64,000 bases of DNA from the human T2T-CHM13v2.0 reference genome, Homo sapiens (GCF_009914755.1 NC_060928.1); one strand, 5' to 3'. Numbered from the stretch's first letter, positions 1 through 17,468 are shown. Notes: generated by a model from the sequence alone, not told the origin. Translations and numbers: made by a program.

Positions 1-1106
1 GGTTTAGAAATGAAGCACATCCTATAGTATGACAGAGCCTGCAGAGGAGATAACAGCTTCTCGCTTAAAGATATGGAGTAGGCGTTAAAAATGATTTCTG
101 CCCAATGTAAGAGGAGGATTTTCCAATTACCAACCAGAAGGAGTTGCTTGCTCTTGCCTCAGTGATTCTCACAATACCATATGCTATCAAGTTCCATTGC
201 CCTCTTTGTACATGTGAGGGTAAGGTGCTCCATTGGATGTATCTTGAAACAGAACAGAGTTTGTGTATGTGAGGGGGGTGTGTACCTTTTTCTAAGGATT
301 GAGCTGGATGACAAAGGATATTGCATATTTAACGGGTAGGGAGAACGCAGGTGCAACAATTCACAAAAATCTCATAATAGTGAATGATGGTGAATGAATA
401 GAGAAGACCTAAGAAATCTCTCAAACGGGTGAGTTCTCTAGGAATTGAAAGGGTTTTTTTTTTTTCTGTTACAGTTTTAAAAGAATGTGGAAATGGAATA
501 ATTTGATGATATTAAGCTGTGGTTTTGATGAATGCTCTAAGAATCATCCCCAGTGATAAATATTCAAAGATAAATGGTGATGTTTTAGATAGAAGTCAAT
601 CGTTATTCTATTGCCTGTAACAGGGTTCCTTAGTTATAATTCTGTTAGTTGCTCTCATGGTCTTATGTTACTAATATAGTCATTATTTCAAAGCTTATCA
701 CATTCTGTAAAATCCTGTAGTCATTAGCAATAATCTAAGCCAACGTTAGCAATCCATTAAGGTTAGACATTTAACTTCTATAAAATACTCTATGCCACAG
801 CACTTTCATATTCCTATGGGGCAAATTTCCATCGTAGACTCCACGTTGGCTCCTTGAAATGGTGTGTACTCAAGGATAGCCCAGCTTAGGGGACTCCAAA
901 TGCCATTTCAATTTTAACTTTATACAACAGATTCTCGTTCTCCATCCATGCTTAGACTTCCCAGCTCTCAGGTTCAACTCTCAGATCAGGAACAACCATA
1001 TGTACTATGTTTTGTTTCCATCGAATTGGCAGTGACTCATTATTTAATTACTCTCCATGTGTTGGCCAAATATGAGGAAAGAATACTCTGAAAAATTAAC
1101 AAAATG

Positions 1107-1458
<352 letters not shown>

Positions 1459-2849
1459 CTACACAGGCTTTGGGATGCAGCAGCATTGGATAGAACAATA
1501 CTGATCCCTGGCAAAGATACACCACAAAAAAGCTCGGCTGCCTTTCACAAATACGAGTTCATGAACACGTCCAGGAAGATAAAAGTGTGCAGTGCATTAA
1601 AAACACATTTCCTTCTCATTAGTTGCATGAGGATATAAAAATTAAATCAAATCTGCTTTGTTGCCAATTTCAAGAATGTGACTGAGGACAAGGAGCAGAA
1701 GAAAGCAGTGTCACCAATCCTACTCGGAATAATCTGTCACCATGTTAGCAGAGCAGAAAACATTTCATTTTAAATGATTGCTATTTCAGTTACATAATAA
1801 AAGTTAATAGATACAACCCCAAACATAAGATTTAATTCATTCAGACACACATATACTTGTGTTAGTCTATGAAGGAAATATATCTTTTATGTCAAAATTA
1901 TGTACTTCTTTGAAATGTAGTTCAAAGTGAAGAAGAAAACTTTAAACATTTTCCTTCACTTTTAACTCCTTCCATGCCCCAAAGCAAACACCTGAACATA
2001 TGTTAAAATACTTGAATTCATAGCTGCCATCAGTAATGTCTTTATTCATTCAGAGATTTTACTTCAATATCCCTCTGTTAGACTTTTTCCTGAATGTTGA
2101 TCTTGAAAATCTGTACCGAAAGCTTAAGTTTTTCTCCAAAGTCACATTCAACTTCCATAGATCATATCAGAATAATACTCCTTTGATATTTACATAGAAG
2201 CAAATACAACAATATCTCTATAATCCATGGATAATGTATATATGCTACTATAGATAGCTCTCATTCTGAAGATATTTTTCCCAAGGCACAAAGGCCATCA
2301 CATAAATTCACCTGCATTTTTAGAGTGGATGTTCAGGGCGATGTCATTGGAGAAAGGCTATGCTCCCAGTGACTGTCACGGACAAGTACAGAGTCTTGAG
2401 TAGGCTCTCAACAAATGATTGTTGTGCTTATTAATTGAAGAAGAATGATCTTATATGTGAATCAGAAAGGAAGGAAATTAGGAGTAAGTGACAACGAAGC
2501 AAGTGATTTGTGAACATTGTGTCCGAAAGAGAATCTGAGGAAAAGGGTGTTTTGAGGTTAGTAGCAGGGCTGACATTGAATCTGAGTTCCATGCCCAGCA
2601 GTGAGCCACACCCTTTCCTTACTAAGGAATCTGGAAATGTTGCCAGCCCTGCCTTTTATCTTTGAAAACACAGGGCTATTTATGTCTAAACACAATGCAC
2701 TGAATTTACCTTCATTGGTTGACACAGTTATCTTTCCTGATCCTCAAAACCTCAACAGACAGCAAAGTGCACAACTTGCTATGTAATAGAAGTTTGGTAG
2801 ATGGGAAGTCTACATGCAAAGCTGATTTATTTTGGCAAGATAACTCAGC

Positions 2850-3470
2850 CGCAAGGGGTTACACGGAAGGCAGAGAGAATGGATGTAAAGTGTAGTCAGG
2901 ATACTACTGAGAAATCCTAGTCAAGGATGTTGCAATAGCCTGTGAACTAGGAAAGGAGTGATATTGAAGACGTGTATGTAAGTAGAATCAATGAGTAGGG
3001 ACTAAGTTGGTATGAAGAAAAATTCGAATGCTTGTCTAAGATTCTAATTCTCAGTAACTGGGTGGCACCATCGTCAAGATCCAGCCCTGGGAAGGAAGAG
3101 CAGGGTGGGAGTTGGAAAGTGAGTTTTAGACGCATTGAATTTGAGGTACTCAGAAGACATTCAAAGGGAATGTTCACCAGCTTCTTGGAAATGTGAGTCT
3201 GGAACTTTCACAAGAGATCAGGGATAGAGATTAGGGATTATCGTGAAGGAAGAAACAGGTGAACTCAGGGAAGATTACAGAGATTTAGACGAGAGGGACA
3301 GAACCCAAGGGAGTAACTTTAAGGTTGGGCAAAAAAAAAAAAGGGCACCTGTAAGTGGAATTCAGAAGATGTAATCAGAGAGACTGAAGGTAAATCAGAA
3401 GCTTCCAGTGTCACAGAAGGCAAAGGGGAACAGATTTCATGAAGATGCGAGAGTCAGCAGCATGTAATGC
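2850..3470 (-). mobile_element. L2 (LINE2) fragment
   Basis: Resembles antisense L2 (gttttagacgcattgaatttgaggt...gagtctggaac...gatagaga); boundaries approximate. Confidence 0.65.
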
Positions 3471-3655
3471 CAGTAATCTAAAAGACTTGTCTCCACATTT
3501 GTTTCCAATACCGCTTTATGTTAATTATGTAATATCTGGTTTCTCAGCTTTAGTAACAATGACATGAGAAAATTCAAAATTATTTTTTGTGTCATTTCTC
3601 TCAGTGTGTTTATTATTATTTAAATATATTTATATGCTTTCATGAACTTTACTTA

Positions 3656-4527
<872 letters not shown>

Positions 4528-5569
4528 CCTAGAAACATAGAAACCATCTTTTCTTTGAATTTAATGATTTAAAATTATAAAGACTTTTGGCTTGCACTGA
4601 ATTTTCAGATTACATGTGAAATTACTTGTAAAGAAAAATTATTCAATATTATCCATTTTGTCAAAACTCTTAAAAAGATAGTGATGTCTACCAGCTTTCG
4701 CATTTTAGCATAATTGGAATGAGTCTATGGATAAAACAAATAGAAAAAATTGGAATAAAAATCCTCAAAATTAAGCACTGGTTCCTGCCAAATGGTAATG
4801 AAAAGTCACTAGCTTTTTCCAATAACATTAAGGAAGTATAAATATTATTAAGGAAAAGCTGTGTGTATATAAGCTTTTCTGAATAAATTAAATTACACGA
4901 AATATATAAGCTACAGAATGAAGTCTTTATATTAAAAACAGGTAGTCCTATTTTGCCTGGTATCGTGTCAACAGGAAACTCAAGCATATCCAGCCATATC
5001 ACTGCTCTCCATAGTCCTGTAGCAACTGAGAGGACTGCTTGTCTGTTTTACTCACTTTTCATACATTTATTACATAAATTCTCTTAAAACAGAAATCCTT
5101 TCTTCTCAACCTGTTGACCCAAAACCAGTGTTAAAGAGGTTAAGATAATGTATACACTGCTAGATTCAAAGCCCATTATAAATTTTCATAAAACATAATG
5201 ACAAACTATTTGATAACTTAAAGAGTAAATATCAGATTTATAACAATGCCATACAAAAAGATACACACTACAAAAACCATCTTGAATGTAAGTTTACAAA
5301 AGATGTTTGTCTGCTAAGGAACTAAATTCATTTTCTCTTTGAATTCACCATTTATAGAAGTTTTGAGCCCTAGACCAAAAATATGGAAGTATAGGCCAAA
5401 CATTATACTATCTGTGATAAATTTTCAGAAAATTTGGGCTGCTTTAAGTAATGTATTTATGTTTTACATAGTTCCTCAATGTTAGCAGCTGTGAAAGATA
5501 TTTACAATTTACTTCCTATGTAGAATTTATCTTAAATTTAAGAAATAGCAAATAGAGGGAAAGATGTTT

Positions 5570-5900
5570 TAATGCAGGTCTTTATTGAGTCGTTCAAATG
5601 ATGAAGAGAATAATATAACAAATGTCCATGTACCCATCATTTATCTTAAAATAGAAGATACTAATTCAATTAAAGCCTGCTGCACATGTCTCTAATTGGA
5701 AGTGCCTTCCTACCTCCAGAGGTAACCATTATCTGAATGTAATATTTATCAGTCCATATATTTCTTTACATTATGATGATGTAGGTTTTTAATGAATACT
5801 CTTTTTAAGGTTAAAGTAATTCCTTCCTTTGTCTGGTTGTGAGTTTTTATCTTGAAAGCCTGTGTTGGGTTTCATCAGTTTTTTTTTCTGCACTGATTCA
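5570..5900 (-). mobile_element. Old L1M fragments
   Basis: ccatgtacccatca...ccagaggtaaccatt resembles an antisense L1ME 3' end; highly diverged. Confidence 0.4.
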
Positions 5901-8047
5901 GACTGATCTACAGTCAGAATGTAAAGTTTTAAACCACAAAACTCATATGATTCATATATGGTGGTGAAATGCCTTCAATAAATAAATGAAGCAATATGAA
6001 AAGACCCTCATGAAAATATTTTATTCAATGAAAATGAAATTGCTTTAGGCATTAAAAGTAGTTATCTATGGTCACCTAAAACACTATTTGGTTTTACTAG
6101 TGAATTCCTCATTTCCTTCCTTTCTGATTTATATGTTAGATAATTCTTAAATTAATAAGCACAGCTGAGGGTTAAACATACCAAATAGTCTTCTGCCAAA
6201 TGTTTTTACACCTGTGGTTTTAAGTATTTTAGAATATTGATTAGAAAAATTATACATGTGAACATAAAAAATTATGATGTGGACACAAATGATTTTTAAC
6301 ATCAAACGTTTTTTAATTTTGATATCCAAAATACATAAAAAATTGTAAGGGGATAAAAATCTCACTGCAATCAAGCTTTCTCACCTTTGCATAAAAATTA
6401 TCACTTTGATTTCAGACAAGTTTTTACAAGCTGTGGTTATTAAGAGGTGGATCTCACCATGTGAGACAAAAAAACACGTGTGTGCCAATTCTAAATTAAT
6501 TTCCAAATATGAAATACATCCGTTAATTCTTAAAGATGCTCAAACACAAAATAAAATATATTTTGAATGTAGACAAGTAGGCATCATCAATTTTTTTACC
6601 ACAGAAAAAGGTAGTATTTTATTACTTTTTCCACATAAAAGTCTACCTCTGAATTTACCTTTTCACTCGGCTTTTCATTTTTACTTGTTTTTTTAGTTTT
6701 CCATCATAAGCCAGTCTTCTATTATATCAATACAAACTTTATAAACTTGTTTACACTTAATTTTTGTCTTATTCTGCCTTGAATAAAAATAGTCATAGTG
6801 GATATAAAAAGAAAATTCTAATGATTTAATTTGATGTCAGAAATACAATTTTTAAAGAAAACATCGAATTTCTGCTGCTAAGAGATGTCACTCTGTAAGT
6901 TTTCTCCAAAAGGGAGTGTTTTACTGCCCTTTACAAACAGAGGGAAAAACCATTTTCTACTTCAGAATGAGGCGTGGATCCCTTAGTCTGACATCTGACA
7001 TCCTTCTTGAATTTGCACTGAACCTCCATCTTTATCTCCAACAATTCCTGGCTGAGTCCCTTCACTATGGGCCTACTCATAGATGTGCACAGAAATGAAC
7101 CATCTGGTGTGCCAGGCCACACCTTCCAACACTTGGCTCTGCTGGGACCACAAGGATGGGCTTTCTCATCTCACCGTACATTTAGATGGCCATATTGGGT
7201 TTCGGATAGTCTCCCATTCTTAACCATGGTCTTCAACAGTTTTTGTTTTAAAAGTGAATACTCTTATGGTAAAAAAGATAAATGTGAAATAGAAAATACT
7301 GTAGATCTACAGATCAAAGTTATATTTGAAAACCACATTTAATTGTATATTCACATATTTTTGTAATTCACAAAAAATATACCCATCTGTAACTTTTCAA
7401 CATTCTTGAGTGTTTTGAAAATTAACAATTTGTTCTAAAACTTGAGAGTTACATAGTTTTGAAATATTTCAAAGTTCAGTTCAAACACACACAAAACTCC
7501 TGGATACCACCTGGAGCTAAATTCAATACCAATCGAATTTTTTAGGTTTGCAAAATTGAACTAAAGAAGTACCACTGAGTTGAGGGCATGTCAAGATCTA
7601 GCATTAAACCAATTCAGATTTGTACTTGGACCAGCATATTCCAGGGGTCACAGTAGCCAACATGCAATGCCTTAAAAATACATGCTGTACGTGTGTTTTT
7701 CTATTAAGCTAAATTCAATCTCTTTTTTTTTCAGGCATAAATTTATTTGAGAACAAGAGAATAATGTTTCTATTCTATCCTTTCTAATATCAAGCTGGTC
7801 TTTAAAATTTTTTTTAAACTGTGTCAATTTCCTAACTCGATTCTTTTCGGTATGCCGACAGGTTATTTCAACCAGCCTCGTCCTAACATTTGGCTCATTA
7901 TACTATTGGCACATTCATGTCTTTCTCTGTAATCTTCACCTCCCGTGCTTGTTTTTCTCTCAGTGAAGTACAGAAAGCCAAAACTTAGGATTTGAAATGT
8001 CGTCTTCACTGCCTGGACCAATGGTTTTCTTGTTTTATTGAAAATGA

Positions 8048-8375
<328 letters not shown>

Positions 8376-9246
8376 CTATGCATTTGGTGAAATAATAAAA
8401 ACACAACCTTTCATCTCTGATAATACTGAGCATTAAATAAAATTATAGGTGCAATTATTTTACAGGTAAGTTTTACTTTCTAGGACAAAGTCTAGATACA
8501 CAGGGCAGTACTGACTGCCCCGAGGCCTCGGTCTCTGCACCAATTGGTCTCATCTTATTTCAAGTGCTCTCGTCTTTGTCCTCCTCTTCTCAGTTACATC
8601 TGTGTAACAGGGTCTGTCCAGCGTTTCATTTCTCTAATCACCTTGAACATTGCTCAGCAGTATTACTAACACATGAGCCTGATGGTGAGACTTTTGTTCT
8701 CAATAAATAAACACAAACTCAATGCACCTTCCCAGGGGCTTTGCATGGGACCTAAATATTCTTTGAGTCCTGAGTTTTCTCTCCTCTGAATCTTTGCTGT
8801 CCATCACCTTCTGCCATTTGAATACCCTCTTATCCAAACCAAAATCCTAATTCCAGTACAGCTTTTCCTTTGTGATAATACCACTGATTTTCTAGTACAA
8901 TATACGCCCAGCTCCCAATTCCAGCTCTGAGCTCCTAGAGTTCTGGGGGACTTCACATTGCCCATCTTCTTTTGCAGAGTGTTATATCCAGGTGTATGTG
9001 CCCAGCTCTCCTACCAGACTGTTCATCTGCCTGTGGCACGGCTCCTTGCACACAGTACGTACAAGGCTTGGTAACAGAATCCCATGTTCATTGAAGGGCC
9101 TAGACTGATCACATTTTAAATAATGCACAATGTTCTCACGTCTATTTAAGGAAGAAACAACTGATTTCTATCTTTTAAGATTGCATTTCAAGACCATATC
9201 AAAGGCTTTGAATCTCTCACCAAGACTAACAATGAAAAACAAATTT

Positions 9247-9566
9247 GGCCAAGTGCAGTGGCTCACACCTGTAATCCCAGCATCTTGGAAGGCCGAGGTG
9301 GGTGGATCACTTGAGGTCTGGACTATGAGACCAGCCTGGCAGCCTGGGCAACATGGCAAAACCCCATCTCTTCTAAAAGCACAAAAATTAGCTTGCGTGG
9401 TGACACGTGCCTGTAATCCCAGCTACTCAGGAGGGTGAGGCACGAGAATCACTTGAACCTGGGAGGCGGAGGTTGCAGTGAGCCAAGATTGCACCACAGC
9501 ACTCCAGCTTGGGCAACAGAGTGAGACTCTGTCTCAAAAAAAAAAAAACAAAAAAACAAAAAAAAA
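9247..9566 (+). mobile_element. AluS/J
   Basis: Full Alu with internal cagcctgg duplication and A-rich tail. Confidence 0.93.
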
Positions 9567-10277
9567 TGCAAATTTGATCATATTTAATTGAATTTGTTTC
9601 AAAGTAAGGGAAAGGGGAGTATGCAAGGGCGACATGTGGCCTGTTCTTCTGAAAAAGCAAGAAAGGTTATCTTTATACACCAGATCAAGGTATTGACAGC
9701 TACAGAGTGAAATTCCATACACAAAAAGAAAATTTTCTTCAAGTGAAAAAAGTAAGTGGCCAATAAGGTCACATTCAAAAATTAAAAATGGATGCCCTGG
9801 TCTTGATTACTGATACCATTTTTCAATAAAAGTAACCAGAGCTCCTTGAAGAAATAATTGATTTTAGGACTAGGACATGAAATGTACAAAATGATGCGGG
9901 AGCATCTTGTAGTACCAGGGAAAAAAAAAAGTCAACCCTTAGCATGAAGGTGTAAGTCAAAGGCACATGGGAGACTGGAGATGCATTTTGGATTTCAGAT
10001 TTTTTCAGATTTTGGAATATTTGCATATCCATCCTGCGTCATCTTGGGGACAGGACCCAGATCCAAATGTGAAATTCGCTTATGTTATATGTAGTGTATC
10101 CAAATAGCCTGAAGGTAATTTTATACAGCGTTTTTAATAATTTTGTGCATAAAATGAAGTTTGTGTACACTGAACCGTCAGAAAGCAAAGGCATCAATAT
10201 CTCAGCCACCCACATGGAAAATCTGGTGTTGTTTGGCATCACCATCATTCCTGACTGAATTTATTTGCTACCAATAA

Positions 10278-10626
<349 letters not shown>

Positions 10627-10787
10627 TAATACTACTATTTTTTAAACAGTAAAGATACATCCTATTAATACAGTGAAAAATAATGTGTTTAGGTAACTGG
10701 GCAGCACAGGAAAAAGACCGTTTTCCTTTCTCAGCTGTTAGACAACAGCAGCAACAAACAATGCAGGCTTTCAGTTGCCACCTATGA

Positions 10788-11087
<300 letters not shown>

Positions 11088-11784
11088 TAACAGCGATTTT
11101 TGTCTTAGAAGTCTCTCTTTGAGTTTCTAAATGGACATGACTGCTTATTCTGTTAGGAATGCACTCCACTCTAGTCCTTCAATTAGCCCATCACATTGTC
11201 ACTGTGGCATCTGTATGCACATTTTCTGCAGTGTTAATGTCATCTTCATTGTCCAATTGTGGCATCATGTTGGTGCTCAAAACGTTGCAGATTTTGGAAC
11301 ATTTTGGATTTCGGACTTTTAGAGTAGAGATGCTCAGGCTCTACTACTTCTTATTTCAGAGAAAAACATAATATCCAAATAACTAATAAAAACTTGGTTG
11401 GAGAATGCAGACTTCTAGAAATGACTGTTTAATCTGCTTATGATAAATAATCCTCTTTGCTCTACTGCAAAGGGGAGACTACTGCTGTTACTGTTTTGTG
11501 TCATCATGTCCTGATCAGACAAACACTGATTTAAAAAAAAAATAAAACAAGTACATTGTATATGTAAATTTAGACTGTAATAATATATCCTTGAGAAATA
11601 AATATTATATGGACTCCATTTTTCTCTGACAGTCAATTAAGCACAAAAAGATTTTTAAAGCACTGATTTTTGCATTCTTAAATGACAAATGAAGTCTTCT
11701 TGAAATAAGATTTTTAATGATTTAGAGAAATATTTGCACATACACTAGCTTGGTGTTGATTCTCAATTTTTAATTTTTTTTTAA

Positions 11785-12158
<374 letters not shown>

Positions 12159-15100
12159 TGATGAATGTCTTAAAACTACTGAACTCCTTATACCTTGATA
12201 TGGTTAGTGAGAGCTTCCTTGTGGGATGGTTCTGAATGATTTTCTCTAGAACCTCCATTTGAACATCTTCCTTTCCTCTGCTCACTGTACCAGTCTGGGG
12301 CTATCAAATCACATATGCTGATAAATGCTACACTATGACTGGTGAAGCCAGTGCTAAAAAGCAGCTTCTACATATGGCACTTCCAAATTGTGTTATTGCT
12401 AGCTTTTCCAGTGCTTTCTCTACTAGGGCATCCACTGCATGTCACCTGCTAAAATGCAAACCACATCTTTAATGAAAGTCTGTTTTATTGAATATATAAG
12501 TGACTATGAAATTTCAAAATGAAATTTGATGGCAATTTAATTTTATAATAAATCTATATCTATGTATCTCACCAAAGATAGCCTAAATCTTTAGTGAGGC
12601 CACACATTCATTTTTATGAAAATTCTTCACATGAGTTTAGAAATCTCCCAACTAAGAAAAGGACAAGTCAGATCTTAGTGTCCTGGGTGGCTTAGCATTT
12701 CATAACTGCCAGAGAACCATGAGGACCTTCCTGGGACTGACTCATGGGAGTTATCTGCAATGATTTTATGTTTCCCAATGGGTCATATTTTCATTGGAGA
12801 TTATTTACTATGCCTGGAATCCTAATGCTTGGTGTCTCTAATGAGAAAAATAATACAAAAAAATTCAATATTCAGCCAACACAAATTTATATGATCTACA
12901 AAAGAAAGGAATGTTTTCAGATCCTGGGCTTGATTATTTTTGTTTTCGATGTGACAGATTTGCTGAACAAAGCTTACAAATCTCCCTTTTCCTCTCTGCT
13001 CGCTACTACCCCGACCCAGAAAACACACACACACCCCTTCCCAACCGGGGACCATCTGACCGTTCACACCCACATCAACTCTGGGTCGCCATGCTTTTCT
13101 GAGGGACATTGCCTTCACTGAGAGCTCCTTTATTCTCAGTATACCTTACATTCCCAGCCACAGTACTGAACTTCTCAATGCTTGCAATGTTCCCTTGGAG
13201 TATATCAGTTGAGCAGGCGGAAAAAAAATATCTGGAAGTTTATTATTTTTCCACCAATATATTTGACACCACCTTTGGAGAGGGAACAAAAGGCATACTG
13301 TCAAGCGGATAGACCTGGACAAAATGTTACTGTTTGTTCCTCACGAGCACAGAGGTATATTTAAGCAAAGAAAGGCATTCCACGGCTCTCCCGGGACTTC
13401 CTTCCTTCAGCTGAATTATACCAACATGTTCACACCACTGAGGGCCAGGCTGCTGGAATTTAAAACGCAGACCTCTATCTGCCAGTGCTTCGATCCCACG
13501 GCTACAAACATTCACATTAGGATTGAACCTGGCTTTCAAACATCATGAGATAAATGGGAGTTTACTGGGGGAAAACGTGTGCCCTCATGAAACTATAGTA
13601 GAAGATGCGGAAATAGGACTGTCCCTGTTCAGCAGATTCTATACTAATACAATAAAGCCTCAAAGTCACCAGAAGTCACCTGGCCTTGGGTTATGTTTCA
13701 AATCCAGGCTCACTGACATTCATGAAACCTTTGGCAACACAGGCCAAGTTTCGTGCAAGGCTGGGTAGAATACTTCTTTCATGTGGAAGCTGGGTGAAAC
13801 TCGGTGGCTTTGGCTAGCTTTCACCTGAAGTTTCACATTCAAACAATCCAAAGTTTCAACGTAAAATTCAGGGGTGAAGAGAAACAGAAAGAAAAAAAAA
13901 ACAAAACAAAACAGGGGGAAAATGGCTTGCCTGGGAATGGAATGATCACCTACCATTCTCCAAAAAGATTTCATCCTGGTGCCATTTAATTTTGCCGCTG
14001 GACTATCACCTCTAGCAATATATTTGCACTCAGCCCTGCAGACCAAGGCTTCCCAGTACTAAGGGAGAGTGAGTATTCTAGCTAGACGCACCCCATCCCC
14101 CCAACAAAGCCCAGGCTCAAAATAACGGGAGGATTTAAAATGGTAACCATACACATAAATGCGATGATTGACATGCTTCTTATAATGTAGATTTGAAGGG
14201 GAAAAGTGGCAATGAAATGCCCAGGTTTGGGAAACTTAAAGATTAGACTGAACATCTCTAGGTTTTTCTACTATAAATCCAAGTTCTGGAGATTCGATTG
14301 CATCTGCTCCTAATCCAGGGAGATCTCTGCCGTAGCTTTCTCCACAGCTCCGCCCCTTTGGAGATTTGTCCTGTGGCCACTTGCGTTTGTCCTTCTTAGC
14401 AAGGTGCAGAGGACGGGGCAGACTGCGTCAGCGCTGAGGAGCTAGCGTCCTTGACTGGGACTTAAACAGTCTCCTGACAGGATTAGGCTCATTCTACTCC
14501 TAACCTTCAACAGAACACGCAGGGACCGTTTGCCAGGGAACGTCAAACTCTGTATTTGGCTGAGGACTGTGAAAATACCTTGTGCTTGGGGTGGGAAAGA
14601 AGAAGGGAACAAATGTCACACACACCTGTGCTTTCTTCACAATGAAGAGAATATTCCAAAGCTGATTGAATGGCTAGTAAGTGCTACATTTTGCCCATTT
14701 TAGGAAATACATTTTTAAGAAATCCCTTATCCCTTACACAGCAGAAGTTTCACTCGTAAAACAGACTTCTGGCTACTAAGGTTTTTTTTTTTTTTTCCAG
14801 TTTTCTTTTGATTCTAATTTTCTTTTTCTTTGTTATTTCTTCCCGTTTTTGTTACTCAGACGATCCTTATGTGGTTAAAATGCATGCTTTCCTTTGATAT
14901 GTGCTCTGTGATACCAATAAACTTTTCTGAAAAAAAAGTATTTCTGAACTCCAAAGATTTCAGCATCCATGTTTTTAAAAAGCACCAGTTGGGCCCCAAG
15001 GCACACGGAGATTCTGAGGCAGCAGGGCAGCCAGCGCGGGGCTCTGTGCACTCTCATTTGCTGCTTGCTCTTACACATCTGCCAGACAGGGGCCATGAAC

Positions 15101-16065
15101 TGTCCTGAAGTCTGTGTTGGGGAGAACTTTACCAGAGAACACTTTTCTTACAATTGGGGGTCCCTCTAGAAGTGAAATCTAAGACAGATCAGTGAGGAAA
15201 ACTAAAGCTCCAATAAATTGTTTAAAGGAAATGCTATGAAAGCATTAAACCAAAAGGAAAAAAAAGGAGACTTTTTACTGAGCATAGTAAATAGCCACAA
15301 TCAAAGTAAATGCTGTGTTTGAAGTTAAAGTCCACAGATCAAAGTACTTCGCAAAATGTCAAGTGCAAGCGTAACGAGGGGGAGAGGGGAGCCACAGAAA
15401 CTGACCCGAAGTATCACATTGTCACGTTAGAGAAACCTGCCAGCAGATGTACCCAGCAAAAGACAGTCAGCTTAGTAAGGAATCCTCAACACTGTCCCCT
15501 AAAATGTGCTAGGAACATACAAAACAACAATAACAAAAACAAAACCCCCAGATTCCCCCAAATCAACCACTCTAATTCCACACGAGCAATGAACGAAACA
15601 GTGATGAAAGGAGAACATTATACAATACGGCTCGCTCATTGCCCTTAAAGAACAATTACTTATATATATTATCTTTACTCAGGTGGATGGTTGCATCTTT
15701 TTCCTCTTTTTTTTTTTTTTAATGCCCCTGGAAAGTTAAAAATAAAGCAGTCTAAACAACAAAAATATGATGTCTGAAACATCCTCTCATTGCTCTGGCA
15801 ATCAGGCTTAATTAGACCTCTGATCCATGGCTTAGTCATAGTCAAGCGTGTACTGCAGGTCACTATTATGAGAGCTTTAAGCAAAGTTTAAAACTTACAG
15901 CCACAAAAATGCCCAGATGCTCCTGCTGTATTCTGGAACACCGTGTTTACCTGAAAATTGTTCACAACTCCCCTTATTATTTTCACTATAAGTAAGTTAT
16001 TTTAAAGACATTAGTTATGAACATACCAGAAAACAATTAAATAATTCCAGAATAAAAAATCTTAC

Positions 16066-16205
16066 CTACAGGCAGCTGAGTTCAACAGTTGCTCTATACA
16101 GAGGAAGTAGGAGTCAGTGGCCTTTTACATGTAGAGATTGTTTATTTAGCCCTTTTTAAAAGGTCTTGAACTCCAGAGGTTTAAGATTAAGTCCAATCCA
16201 AGTGT
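16066..16205 (-). other. SORBS2: Non-coding 5'-UTR exon (140 nt)
   Basis: Minus strand: long polypyrimidine tract ...ctctcttgctttttttccttcag|ACACTTGG and donor CTGTAG|gtaaga; no ORF; sequence recalled as SORBS2 UTR. Confidence 0.78.
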
Positions 16206-16944
16206 CTGAAGGAAAAAAAGCAAGAGAGAGGCAAATGAGAGAGGGAAAGAATCCCAGCTGCTGGGTGGTGCTACTGTTCTGAGAGCATTTGAGCTATTTT
16301 CAGCATTAACAGCAGCCGGGGTTGTCTGCAAAGGGATGAAAATGCCTTGCCCAGATCGCCACCCCCCACTCCAGGGGGGAGAAAACACCAACCAGGAAAC
16401 CCACAACGACTTGGTTCATTGTGCAAATATTCATTTAAATTTTGAGGAAAACTGCCAGCACCATTGAAAACAAAACAAACCCAAAGTTGACTGGAATCTT
16501 AAAGAAACACAGTGCTCCTCAAGTTTTCAAAATGAATTACCTGATTCACTGAAAACGAGATGTCCTACTTATGCTTTATTGAGAAGGAGGCTTTTCTTCT
16601 GATATTTCCTAGGGGGTCTTAAGAAATAGTTGAGAGCCCTCTGGTAGCAGTATCTGTTGTCAGTCTATTCTTAAGACTGAAGACAAATGATTTCTTAAAA
16701 GAGCCCGCACCTAAATTTCCAGTTTCATCAACTATGCTATTTTTGAAAGCTACTGGGTTAAGCGTTGACATCTCTTATCTATTGGCAGAGACTGGGGACC
16801 ATTCAGTGACATGAGGCAGACAAACAGTGACCCCTGCTTCTGCCTCCACAGGCCAATGAAGAAATCATTCTGGTTGGGTCACTGGCAATGACTGACAAAC
16901 TTTGAGCCTTCATTTTGTTTCTAGAAATAAAAATTAAGAAGTCG

Positions 16945-17095
16945 TATTCATTCATTCATTCAGCAAATATTTATTTGGTGAGCACTTCAGAGCTTACTAT
17001 AAGCCAAGCACTCTGGGAATACAGTGGTGGGCAGAATGAAGTGTCCTTGCCTTCAGGGGTTTAGAGCACACAGATGCAGTGAGAATAAATAAAAA
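16945..17095 (-). mobile_element. L2 3' end
   Basis: ttcattcattcattcagcaaatattt...gagcac...tccttgccttcagggg is the typical antisense L2 tail. Confidence 0.7.
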
Positions 17096-17468
17096 CAGAA
17101 TTTTTAAATATTTTCCAGACTTTTTCACATGATGAGACTATTCACATCATGGCAGCTGAAGACTGAGATCTCTTTCTATTGTGGATGAAGGAAGATACTG
17201 TGTGTCATCAGACCAACTTCAGGCTTCCATTGAGTCATTGTGCCTTTACACCACCACCAGGGAGGAAAATTACTTACTTTCTACCAAGGAAGCAGTTAAG
17301 TATGTTTATGAACGCTTTCATTCCAATAGATGAAATCCCTGGTTTTTTTCAACCCCCTACTCCCCATTACAAAAAGAATGCTTAAGTAGTCAGAAAGTAC
17401 TGCTGAGAGGCTTTCCATCGGGAGATGAAAAGAGAGTCTTCAACCTGAATTCAGTATAAAAAACTGCC

